A DNA stretch of 64,000 nt from Lama guanicoe (lineage: Eukaryota). The notes under the pieces are model-generated. The model made no database searches, was not told the origin of the DNA, and was given only the letters and a program-made list of their open reading frames with translations. This document shows, one piece after another, positions 38,841-51,044 of this stretch; position 1 is the stretch's first letter; each line of letters starts with the position of its first letter. Made by a program: the position numbers and the translations under genes. The stretch lies in assembly GCA_013239625.1 (NCBI GenBank), contig MU053934.1, positions 7,771,352-7,835,351 on the forward strand, in the 5' to 3' direction.

Positions 38841-41265
38841 ATAATAATAATAATAATGCCAGTCAGAAAGCAGAGGGGAAGGAGACATTTCCCAACATGT
38901 TTCCCAAGGCCAGTGTTACTCTGATCCCAAACCCAGAAAAAAATTTTAAAAGAAAAAACAACTTTAGATAAATAACACCCATGAAAAAACTACAAAACAA
39001 AATCTTAACAAATTTTAGCAAATAAAAGCAAACAATATATAAAAAGGATAATATATCATGACCAAGTGGGGTTTAATACCAGGATGGAAGGTTAGCTTAA
39101 CATTTGGAAATCAATCAATGTAACTCACAATATTAATAGAATAATGGAGAACTACATAATCATCAGAACAGATGCAGAAAAAGCATTTGATAACAATCAG
39201 GATCCATGGTTTAAAAAACTCAGCACGATGGGAATAGAAAGGAAAATCCCTTAGTAATTAAGGGATCTACAAGAAACCCACGGCTAACAGCACACAATGG
39301 TGTAAGGTGGAATGGTTACTACCTAAGATCAGGAATAAGGCAAGGATGTCTAATCTCGTCATTTCTGCTCAACATTGTATTTAATGTCCTGCCCAGTAAT
39401 ATAAGGCAAGAAAAAGAAATAAAAGGCATACAGATTGTAAAGGAAGATGTAAACTTGCCTTTATCTGCAGGCAGTGAAAAACAATAGAGAATCTACAACA
39501 AAGGTATTAGACCAAACTAATCAAGGGATTTCATAAGGTCACAGTCAATATTAAAAAATCAACTGTATTTGTTAGTATTAGCCTTGAATTTTTTAAATTC
39601 CATTTATATAGCATCAAAAAATAAGAATACTTAGGAATAAGTATAATATGTGAAATACCTGAGCATTGTAAACAACAAAACCTTGCCTAGGGAAACTAAA
39701 GACTGAAATTAAGTGGAAAGACGTACCATGCTCATGGAGTGGAAAACTGAATTACACAACCCGATTTCAAAACTTGACTATTTAGCTATAGTAACCAAGA
39801 CAGTGTGGTACTGATGTAAAAACAGATGCATGCTTACATATTCTGGAAGAGATTAGAGTCCAGAAACACACTCACACTTACATGGTCAACTGATTTTTGA
39901 CAAAGGTGCAAAGTAATTCATTAGTAAAATGACAGCCTTTTCAACAAGTGGATACCTGTACAAAAACAGAATGAACCTTGGCCCTTACCTCATACCATAC
40001 ACAAAAAATAACTAGAAATGGACCTAAATGTAAGAGCTAAAATGATTAAACTTCTGGAAGAAAACATAGGATAAAATTCTTGTGCTACTGGATTAGGCGA
40101 AGATTTCTGAAAATGGACCACCCAAAAATTTCCCATAAAATTTTTTAATTGATAAAATGAACTTCATCAAAATAAAAAAAATTGAACTTCAAAAGACAGA
40201 GTTAAGAAAATGAAAAAGCAAGCCACACTGAAAGAAAATATTTGAAAAATCTGCATCTGACAAAGAGCTCATATCCAGAATATATAAAGAATTTTACAAA
40301 TCAATAATAAGAAAGCAAACAATCCAATAAAAATGGACAAATGGCTTGTATGGATACTTAACAAAAGAAGATATAAGAATGGCCAATAATCACAGGAAAA
40401 GAACCTCTGTATCACTAGCCATCAGGAAAATGCAAATTAAAAACAGAGACATTCATTCCCCAGCACCTCCATTAAAACAAACAAACCAACAAACAAACCG
40501 AATCCCCTCCAACACACACAAAAATTTTAAAAATAAAAACAGAGATAGCTCTACATACACTAGAATGGCTAAAATTAGGAAGACTGGCAGTTCCGAGCAT
40601 TGGTGGGGACGAGCAGCATCTGGAATTCTTACACGTTGCTGGTGAAATTGCGAAATGACACAGCCACTTTGGAAAGTAGTTTGACAGTGTCTTATAAATT
40701 TAAACACACTCATCATACAATCCAGCAGCCTTACTACTATGTATTTTACCCAAGGGAAATAAAGACATGTCCACACAAAGACTTGCGTGTGAACGTTCAT
40801 AAGCGGCATCTTCCATGATGTCCCCAAACTGAAAACAACCCAGACGTCTATCAACTGCTGAGTGGCTGAGCAAACTGTGAACTATCACTACCGTGGGATA
40901 CTACTCAGCAGTAAGAATTAATGGAGTGTTGAGATGTGCAACGACGCGGACAACTCTTAAAACCTGGAAAGCGGAAAAATTAGTCTAACACAAAAGACTA
41001 CATATGTATGATTCCATTTGTGGGAACCCTGAGAAATGGAAAACCACAGCGACCACGACAGAGAGCAGATCAGTGGCTGCTGGGGCTGAGGGTCACGGGA
41101 GGGACTGCTTACTACATGCAGATGAAGAATTTTAGGGCAATGGAAGTGTCTTCTGTATTGACTATGGTCATGGTTACTAAATATATACAATTGCCAAAAC
41201 CCATTAAACTACACACTTAAGGAAGAACTTTATATTATGTAACTTGTACTGGGGTAAAAAATATT
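36740..41265 (+). mobile_element. Long degenerate L1 (ORF1 3' part, ORF2, 3'UTR) with a nested L1MC-type 3'UTR at ~38015-38545
   Basis: Remnants NGFSGEFCQTLKE...FPNMFPKASVTLIPNPEK and KEDIRMANNHRKR..SLAIRKMQIK match L1 ORF2; many stops and frameshifts. Confidence 0.9.
38778..38857 (+). repeat. Compound (TAG)n(TAA)n microsatellite inside L1
   Basis: Direct reading: about 17 TAG units followed by TAA units. Confidence 0.97.
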
Positions 41266-41840
41266 TTTGAAACATAGAAAATGGTCAAAAGACCTGAACA
41301 AACAATTGTTCACAGAGAAAGAACATAATATGAAAATCGTGCAAACTCAATAGCAGTCAAGAACATGCAAATCAAAACAACAAGGAGAAACTGTGCTTTC
41401 ACCTATCAAATTAGCAAGGATTTAAAAATGGCAATGTTAAATGCTGGTAAAAAACATTCTCATGAATTTCCCTTGTAAGAATAAATTAACACCCTTCTGA
41501 AGCGCATTTTAGCAACATGTAATGTAAACCTTGGAAGCGTTCAAACCCTTTGACTCAAGGGTTGACAAAACACTATGCATTAAATAAAAATTAATTTCAA
41601 AGGTTTCTTTAAACAATATAAAAAATGTTCCCGATATAATATTCTGTGAGAAAACAGAACATAATTTATACCTCATATGGTTTCAACTATGTTAAGCATG
41701 TATGGAGCGTGTGTACATGCACACATACAAAAATTCTCGATGGAAACATACCAAAATATTAATAGTGGCCATCTCTGGCTATTACAATTATGGGGAATTT
41801 ATTTTTTTCTTTATGGTTTCCTCTATTTTCCAATTTAGCC

Positions 41841-41895
41841 TGTACATCAGAAATTGACACATTGTAACTGACTATACTTCAATTTTAAAAAAAAA
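41841..41895 (+). mobile_element. Very short camelid-type L1 3' tail
   Basis: tgtacatcagaaattgacacattgtaactgactatacttcaatt followed by polyA. Confidence 0.8.
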
Positions 41896-42194
41896 GCAAG
41901 GGGGATGCAGAGTAGACAGCAGATGAAGGACGCTGCAGTGATTGATTTAGACCTCCTTCATGACCAGTCACAATAACGTGAATTTTAACAGCTCTCTTGC
42001 ATGCTGTGTGTTGTACGTTTTGTATGTTTCCTATTCTCCCACCACCTTATTTAAAAAGAACACGGATATAGCTAACATTTAGATTTCAGATGGGAGGCAG
42101 GACTCTGGGTAGCTCCTGTTTGGGGGTAAAAGGTTTTCATCCCTACAGAGGACAAGGATTTTCATCCCTCTATGGTGGCTGAGGCTCAGGATGG

Positions 42195-42622
42195 TGGGTG
42201 GCACTGGACATTTTTCGTTTGTCCCTCCAGATCCATTCTCCGCCCTTCTCTATTCTGCATGGTGGGTTGCTTCATCTGGCCCCTGGGGCTCCTGGCTTGC
42301 AGCAGGTTAGCCGGTGGGAGGCACCAGCAGGAGATGGAAGGAGAGAGCAGGTGGGCTAGTTACTCCCTAGCCCAAATGCTGGGCTGCAGCCTGGCGGCGG
42401 CTACTCTCCAACATCAAAAACCTTGTCTGCTCCTGGGTGGCCCTCTCCTTCAGACCCTTCTTTCCTCCTCTCAGTAACTTCTCCCTTTCTTGCACCTTCA
42501 GGCCCAGGAAAGATGCTTCTCCATCTTCTAATTTCACTTAGTCCCGCCCTCACCTGGGTAAAAGAGCCTTCAATAAACTCAGGGCATATAACTTTGCCTT
42601 CTGCCTGGACCCTGACCAATGC
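42195..42622 (+). mobile_element. ERVL LTR (LTR16-like)
   Basis: gtttgtccctccagatccattctcc...gggaggcaccagcaggagat...aataaactc...ggaccctgacc. Confidence 0.75.
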
Positions 42623-43479
42623 GCGCCCAGCCTGAGATGATCACAATAGAATACGAACCAGAACCGCTCCCTCACCCTCAAAATCTCCCTCGTGCGGCCC
42701 CGCTTGAGCCACACCCTCCCCCACCCCAATCCTGGCAATTTCAGATCTCTCTTCCGTTCCTGTTGTTTGGCCTTTTCTAGAACGTCACACAAACAGAAGA
42801 AATCCAGGAAACGTGGGTTAAAAAGGTTTAGGCAATAACTGAAAATATATCCCAGGGTATTGCTCCTACGCTTCCTGTAATTCGGGTCAACGGCTAATTC
42901 TTTGTTTGCATAGCTTCTGCCAGGCTACTCACGCTGCCTGCGCGAATGGGAAAATTCTCACCAGGAGACGCTTCTGAGTGAGGACCTGCGCACCTGATAG
43001 ATGGACGAGGCACAGTCTCTGGTGAACGCGCGCGAGTCATGCATTTATCCCACCCTCTCAACCATTCTGCAAACCTCATTCTTCATATTTAAACATTGCT
43101 TTTGTTTTGAATAGATCTACTTTATATGAAAGCCTAGGCGACATTGAAGAGCACAGTACGTTAGTAATAAAGGTCAATTTATCTATTCAGTTAAATCTGC
43201 CATTACATTAAAATATACATATGGAAAGTAGCTTTTAAAGTCCCTAAAATACTATTTGGATCAAGATTTTATGCCTCATTACCAAACTTTAAGGGTTTTA
43301 AATTTAGGCCCTAGATCTTGAGTGTTTAAAAAAAATAACAAACTCAAAAAGATGCCTAATTTTTTTCTTTCCATTCTTAAATTTGATAGAATAATTTCTT
43401 GAGTCATTTTGTCGGGCATAAGAGTTAACATTTTATTTTACCTCCGCCTTTATTCTTTTCTGTATTGTCTGCCTAAAAC

Positions 43480-43950
43480 ATTTCTCAAATTAAAATGCAG
43501 CAAAATGGGCTTTTTTGTGTGTACACTTTGATGAGTTTTAACACACACACAGATTCATGTAACCATCACCACACGCAAGACACAGAACAGATTCATCACC
43601 AACAGCCTCCCTGGGCTGCCCCTCTGGGGTCATGCCCTCCCCGCCCTCAGTCCTGGAAACCACTGATCTCTGCCCCAATCCTATTGTTTGGCCTTTTGCC
43701 AACTGTCCTATAAATAGAATCCTACAGTAAAAACCTTTGAGACCAGCTACTTCCCTCAGCAGAATGTCTCTGGATTCACCCACGTTGTATGTATCAATAG
43801 TGCATTCCTTCCTATTCCCGAGAAATATCCCACTGCCGGGATGTACCAGCTTGCTTATCCAAGCATCCGCTGAAGTGCGCTGTGTTGGTTCCAGTTTGGG
43901 GTGATTATGAATAGAGCTAGAGACACTCTTGTACAGGTTTTTTAGTGAAC
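43480..43950 (-). mobile_element. L1 3'UTR fragment
   Basis: catgtaaccatcaccac...aaaccactgatc...ccagtttggggtgattatgaatagagct. Confidence 0.8.
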
Positions 43951-46459
43951 CCTTAAATTACCTTTTAAATACAGTAGTCATTCAGAATCTGTCCAATTCA
44001 ATCATGGACATATCCTGGTAAGTTAACAAAAATACTAAACTGAAATTTAGAAGATGAATTATGGTTTCTTGTGATGCTCTGAGTGCAAAGGTGGAGGGAA
44101 GTTAAGGGTGTTTGCTTCTGGCAATACCAGTAGTCACACTGTACTACCTTTGCGGGGGACTTGAGAGGGGAGCAGAGGAAAAGAGGAATGTCAGCTTTAC
44201 CCGAGGGCTACCCCAGGGCCACCCACTGCAGGACAGTAGTCCCACTGCCAGTTCACTTTTCGTAGCCCACTGCTTTCACATGGTGGAGCCCAGCAGATTC
44301 TCTCTTCTTAGGAGGTGACATAATTAGTGGTTAGTCCTTCACAATCACTATGTAATTCAAGAAATAGGTGAGAAACAAAGAACTCTGACAGTGCAGAGAA
44401 CCCAGTTTTCTCTCTAAAGATAGAACAGAAAATATAAAGGCAGGTGGATGGATGGGCAATTGGAGACAGAACCTTGTATAGAGGCGTCCACGTACAAGAG
44501 GAATCGAGACCGACAGGACAGAACACAGAAACATGTATTAAACCAAATTATGGATAGAATTTATACGACAGAGCAGACATTGAAAATAAGGTTGAAAGAA
44601 AGGATTATTTAATAAGTGGGGTGGTAAAATAGATTATCTATTTGGGAAAAATTATTTTAATTTGGATCCCCACCCTATGTCGGGAGGGATTAAAGTGTTT
44701 TGTTTCCAAGAACAAGAGAAACAAGCAGAGTAGAAGAGTTTTTATCAAGCCTGGGTAAGAATGATGAATTTAAAGATTTTCAAGCCACAGAAGACATCAC
44801 AAAAGACGAAGATTAATGCGTTTGATTATATTAAAATGTAAACTTTGAAACAATGAGGTATCATGTAATGATAGGGAAACAGCAGCAGTTCCTGTGACAG
44901 AAGAGGGTTATCTGTTAATCATTATCTAATTATAAAAAATTATTCAACAAAAAGGTGATGAAATTGACTTGGAAAACCATCAGTAGGGCCATTAACCAAT
45001 GAGGACCCGAAGAGAATTCTCTTCAGGGGAGACAGCGTGCACAGGCTCATGCAATGTCCAACCTCAATATCCCTCCAAGAAATACAAATTAAAACAATAA
45101 CGAAGCACCATTTTATCCCTCCTAAGTTATCAATATTTTAAGACAATGTTAATATTCAGTGCTGGGAAGAGTATGAAACTAGAACACTCACACAGTGTTG
45201 ACAGCAATGTACATCGTTACTATGTTTTGAGGGAATAATTCTGCAATTCTCATAGAAATTCGTAGAAGCATTCACACTCTGTCCTCAAATCCGACTTTTA
45301 GAAGCACATTCTGAGGAAAGAGAAAATGCCCGCCAGAGGAGAAAGCAATGTGCCTGAAGATGGGGTTTCTAACTCCGTCTCCAGTGTCGCTTCCCCAGCC
45401 CCTCCCCAGGCTGCACCTGCCTCTGGTCCTCACTTCTCGGCCCTCTCACCCTCTGGGCCAACCCAGCTCCAGGCACACTGACTTCTAACAGGCTCCAGAA
45501 CACGCCACGTCCTCCCGAGGCTCTTCCCATGCTGCACCCCTGACCTCTCAGGTCCTCATTTGAACCTCGCTTTTTCAATGAAGCCCCTCCAGACCGCTCT
45601 AGGATGGTCTGAGTTCCTGTTATGCTCCATTATGTCCCTGCTGTGTCCCCCATGGCCCTCATCACACTCCATATTTTATTTCGTTCCTTATATACTTGTT
45701 GATGTCAGCCTCCCCCACAGAGCAGGTAAAGCTCTTTGACGGCAGGGATCGCACCTTCCTTATTCTCCAACGAGTCCCTAATGTCTAGTACATAAGTTCC
45801 AGAATTATTTGTTGATTGATTAAACAAGTGAATGAGTAAATAAACATATGCAAAACTAAAAGGCACCTAAAGACTTAAATGACAGTGAAACGATTAAATA
45901 CATGCTGGTGTATAAAATTAAAGGCCCTAACAATTGAACATGACCCAGTCAAACCAGCCCCTTTAAAAATGCTGTTTGCTTTCCCTGGCTGGAATGCTCC
46001 AACTATCCACGTGAGACACTCCTGTGTACCTCCCAAAGGTTCCACCCAGTCTGCTTGCTCTCCAGAGACTTTTCGAACTTCCCGCACAGCATGAATACAT
46101 AAAGGTAAGGTTTCCGCCAACACAGTTGCCAGTTGCCTGAACTCCTGATCTAATCACACAGAAATCCATCAACCATATCAACAACTACTGGAATAAACAC
46201 GTCAGTGGAATTATTTTAAATATACAGCTAAGGTTGAAACCAAGAAAGGGAAAGGCATAGGGGCTAGAAGCAAGGAAGGAACCAACTCCAGAGCAGTAGG
46301 AGTGTGAGCTGTCATCACAGCATCCTAAGGCACCAGACCAGGACAGAGCAGCGTGTGCTGATACAGCCTCGGATTTGACAGAGTCTCTAAGGGGTCTGGG
46401 TTTTAACGTCTGCTTAGAGGTTAGGAGACAGGGGTTGTGCAAGGCTGGGAGGAGATGTG

Positions 46460-47880
46460 GCACAGTTGAAGAACATTAGTGAATCAAAACAGGTTCTAGG
46501 AAAGTAGTCAGAATGCAGCCCAGAGATAAAGACATGAGAAATATAAAAGACAGCCTAAGATATACAGAAACTGGAATGAGAAGGTCCAACACTTACCTAA
46601 TAGGAGCTCCAGAAGGAAAAAGACCAATGAGAATGGGGTAGAGATGGCATTCAAAGAATTATAGCTAAATAAATCGACTATACTTCAATTAAAGAAAAAA
46701 GGAACAGCTGAGAATGTTTTCAAATCCATGAAAGACATTAATCCTCAGAACAAGACAGTATGAGTCTGGGGAGATTAAATAACAGACATCTACACTGAAA
46801 TACATTGTAGGGAAACTTCAAAGCAACAGAAATAAAAAGAGAAGATCCTAAAGGCAACCAGGAAAAGAACACAAGAGAGCCCCTGGGAGGGACTGGCACT
46901 AGGAGCAACAGTGGAGGCCAGAGACCATGCAGAGTATCTTCCAGGTGCTGAGAGGGACAGACTCTCAAACAAGAACTCTATCCCCTGCTAAATCTTCACT
47001 TAAAAATAAGGGGAAAATAGACATTTCTGAAAACAAAGACTGACTTATCACTCACAGGATCTCACTAAAAAGACTACCAAAGGACAGACTTCAGGAAGTT
47101 GAATTCAGAAGGAAGGAGTGAGATTTGAGAAGCAGGGAAGGGGTAAGCCAGGAGTTTACCAACAACCTGGGAAATATGGGAAAACCTAAACAAGCATGGA
47201 CTGTACAAAAAACAAATAACCAATAATAATGACTAATTCAAGTACTATCAAAGCAAGAGCAGATCAAGCCACCAGCCCTGGTAACGTGCCGGTTGAAAGT
47301 GCTTGTTTTATTTGGGATGGTAGAAATGTTGATTTACTTTATGCTTTATAAGTTTAGAATACATATTAAAAATTTAAAGGCAATCAATATAAGAATAGAA
47401 ACAAAATATTTAAGTTTCAAGGCAGTGGGGGAAAAAAAGAGTGATGAGAAAAACTCGGCCAGAACCAAACATGATGGAGAAAAAAGAAAAAAAAAAAAGA
47501 GCCCAGTAAATCCCAGAGAGCACAAAGCAAAGTGCTGGGAAAATCCAAACATATCCATCACAATAAATGGAAACAGACTAAACTGAACGAAGGAAAAGGC
47601 AAAGATGTTCATTGTGGAATTAAAAAATACAGATATTTACAAGAAACACACCAATTACAAATACACCAAATAAACCAAAAATACAACAATAAAAGAGTGA
47701 GAGTGAGCAGCTGGGAAAAGAGGTACCCGACAAACACGAATCAAAAGAAAACTGTCTGGGTGTTTTCACAGCAGATAAGATAGACCACACAGACCAGAGG
47801 GATAAAGTGGTAACAATATGATTATAAAGGGAACAGCTGGCCAGGAAGACACGACAACGTTCACATCCAGGTGCCTCCTG
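46460..47880 (+). mobile_element. L1 ORF1 to ORF2-start fragment, with a tiny young L1 tail at ~46668-46700
   Basis: gaaggtccaacacttacctaataggagctccagaagg; aacagtggaggccagagacc; insert aatcgactatacttcaatt. Confidence 0.8.
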
Positions 47881-48479
47881 TGCATTATCATTCCTCACAC
47901 CAGCTCTCGGGAGATCACCTTGCTGTTGCCCCTTGTGCCCTGTTCCACTGGGAATTCTGGTGGATGCCGCATAGGTCAGGACTCAGAAATCCCTGGGCCC
48001 CTGCCTAGAACAGGTTCACGCCACCGCAACGCTGGCCACCCTCAGCCTCCTAACACACTCGCTCTATGCACTGTCATAGTCTCCATGGCCATCGTCACTC
48101 TGGTAAGCCACTCTGGAGCTATCTGTTATTTATTTCTGCATTCTTAGCACCTCCCACAATGTCTAGCAGAGAAAAGCACTCAGTATGCAACCATTAAAAT
48201 TATAATTTTGAAGACTGTGAAACCAATGTGAAGAATGACTATAATATGCATTCCTATTTGAAAAGCATGATATAGAACTGTGGATGCATTCCGATTACTA
48301 ATATATAAAAATTGTACATGTATGTGGATACAAAGTGGAAGAGAATGTAGAAAAATGAAAATAGTAAATTTGTTAGGTAAGGTGGACGGTGACTTTTTGA
48401 TTTTGATTTCTATTGTTGCTGCTAAGTTATTATTTGTATAATTCTGAAAGTGAAACAAAAAGAAATGGCTGTAAACTTT

Positions 48480-50790
48480 TAGCTGTCCAAGAAGCAGTTC
48501 CTAAAAGACGGCACCATGTATGGGCAGGACAGTAGAGCTGTCCTCTAAGCCACGGCAATACCGACTCCTAGGGCCAAATTTTGCCTTTCACTCTAGAAGC
48601 CATGTTGGTAACACACAGGTGACTCCCTCTGGATGTACAGGGTGCTGAGAACGAAAGGCAAGGGCTGTGGGAAACGGGTCCAGCTGGTCTGGTTGAATAC
48701 TGGTTTTTCCTTCTTCTCTCGTGTGTATCCTTTCCAGGTAACCCCAAGGTGTCCATCAACTATTCGGAGTTTCACAAGACAATCTTTCCATCAGCTTCCA
48801 CCCCACCTCCCCTGAGAAAGGGTTCTCTGAGTTACCTGGACAGAGAACCAGGTAAATTAAAGGCAGTACTCCTCCCCCACAGTGTGGTCTGTATATACCA
48901 CTTCCAACTGAAAGGAAACAGGGGTCCTTGGAGAAATGGCTGATTCCAGGCCTAGGGCAAGAGAGGTACCAGAAGAGCCCAGAGCATCTGGTTGCACCAG
49001 GGGGCACAAAAGCTAGCAGAGACTCTCAGAGTCACAGCAACAGGGCTCAGGTTCCCACTGGCCGAGATGGAACAAATTGAGTAACAATGAAAAGAGTAAC
49101 TGTAATGAACCGAAACACATCAAATATGCTAACATTTATGAGTGCATAATAACTTTTTTTTAAAGAAAAATCACTCCTTGCTCACTTTGGAAGGATGCTA
49201 GGAAACCAATCATTACTCTGAAAAGTCATAAGTGGAGGGAAAGGACCAAGGATGCCCTGCCTTTCTCACCTTGTGTTTCACTGTTACCAAATAGCTGGAG
49301 AGGGGAAGTTCCCATGACAGAAGAGCTCCCACCAGTAAATGAAGAAATGAGAGACACAGAGAATCACCACTTTACAATACCGAGTGAATTAACGGAAATG
49401 GGTTCAGTCAACAGGGGCTGCTAATATCACAAAAAGACAGCCAGCATGCTCGCTATGCCCTGTGATGTGTTCTCGTCCCAGAAATTGAACCTGGGTCTGT
49501 ATACCTATCAATTCAGGGCAGAGGGCTGGGGAGGGGACAGGAGAGCACGTTAAATGTCCCTGTGGGTTCCAATCAGTCAGACTTAAATTATAAGAAACTT
49601 CACATATCCAGACTTTTTCTACAAATGTATCATAAGGGAAAAAATGAACAAATGGAGAGGGATCCTACAGATTAGAAAAGAATTGTGGCATATCAGTCAA
49701 TTGCCATGTACAGACTCGATTGGGATCTGGGCTCCAACTATAAAAGAAAATGTGAGGCAATCAGTTAAATCTGAACCCTGCTGGATACTTAATATTACTG
49801 ATAATTCCATTAGGTGTGGAACAGTATTTTCACCATGTTTTTAAGAGTTCTTATTGAGAGACATGGTGAGGTCCCTCCAATGAAATATGATGTCTGGTGT
49901 TTGTTTCAAAAATATCTGGGCACGCCTATGGAGTCTAGTTTTCTCCTTATTTGCTCTCCCATTGTGCCCACACACGTGTGTATGTGTGTGTGTGAACTGA
50001 CATTCTTTCTTCCTTTTACCAAGTTTACCAAGTACTAATGGCTTTATTTCCCTTGAAAACTCAGGTTTTCATCAGCTTTGCCAAAGACCAAAAGTGCTGT
50101 GTGACTGCCGACACCAGCAGCCACGGTTCCACCGTAAGCGCTGGCTCGCAGGACGACTGGATGGAGTCTTAGTGCCTCCAGCAAATGGGCAACGGCTTCA
50201 TTTTGAGGAAGAGCCATAGAAGATGTGAATTCCTCAAAACCTTTTAATTTTAAAGTATTATATTATTGGAAAGTTACAATGTGTAAGACTAGCCAATAAC
50301 TACAAATGGAAAGTTTTCTTTCTGAGGTCAGTGAATGTTGTTGCTACTGAGATGAATTCCTGTCTACTCAACGCTGTGAGCGTCCTAATGTACATGTTGT
50401 TGATTCTTATATGCAGAGGTGAAACCACCTGAAGATGAACGTCTTAATTTATTACTTTCAATAAAAAGACAGCTTAAAAAAAAAGCAATTAGAACTAGTA
50501 AGTGAGTCTATTAAGGTCACAGAATAGAAAACCAATATACAAAAGTCAATTATATTTTCATATACTAACAACAAATAACTGGATATTGAAATTTATAAAA
50601 ACAATGCCAATTATAATATTTAAAACATGAAATACTTAAAAATAAATATAACAAAATCTGAAAAAAAAGTCTGGGCATAAAATGACGGACCGTGTGTGGG
50701 ATGTTGGAGCTGGGTAGTGGGTGCATTAGTGGATTCATTATATTATTCTCTTTACCTTTGCATGTGTTTGAAATTTTCAATAGTAAGAAA
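48480..50790 (+). mobile_element. L1MC-type 3'UTR, interrupted at 49922/50663 by a later insertion
   Basis: L1MC 3'UTR motifs run to gatgtctggtgtttgtttcaaaaatatctgg and resume at gttggagctgggtagtgggt...ttcattatattattctc. Confidence 0.7.
49923..50484 (+). pseudogene. Candidate retrocopy of an unidentified mRNA 3'UTR
   Basis: UTR-like sequence with no repeat recognised, ending in AATAAA (50460-50465) and A9 (50476-50484); lies inside a TSD-flanked insertion. Confidence 0.55.
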
Positions 50791-50895
50791 AAAAAAGTCT
50801 AAAACATTAATAAAAAATAAATGAAGCTGTTCCTTATTCTCACAGTTGACGTTTGTAAAAGAAAAAAAAAGTCAAGGAGACAACGAGACTCTTAC

Positions 50896-51044
50896 CTTTT
50901 CATTAACTGGATGAAAATTCTTCTTGGTAATCGGTACACAAAGGTATCGAGGACAATCTTTAGGTAATTCAGAGATACGTATCCACCTTTGGAGGGGTCC
51001 CCTGCACTCAGGGCCTTTTCAACCTTTTCATAGGACTTCGAAAA
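50896..51044 (-). CDS. EFCAB6: EFCAB6 exon (~exon 10), 149 nt, phase 0/2
   Basis: tcacag|TTTTCGAAG...ATGAAAAG|gtaag; encodes FSKSYEKVEKALSAGDPSKGGYVSLNYLKIVLDTFVYRLPRRIFIQLMK (within ORF 50892..51110). Confidence 0.96.

Noticed and set aside
38720..38971. Poly-Ser/Asn and poly-Val ORFs
   Set aside because: Translation of the (TAG)n(TAA)n microsatellite inside dead L1 ORF2.
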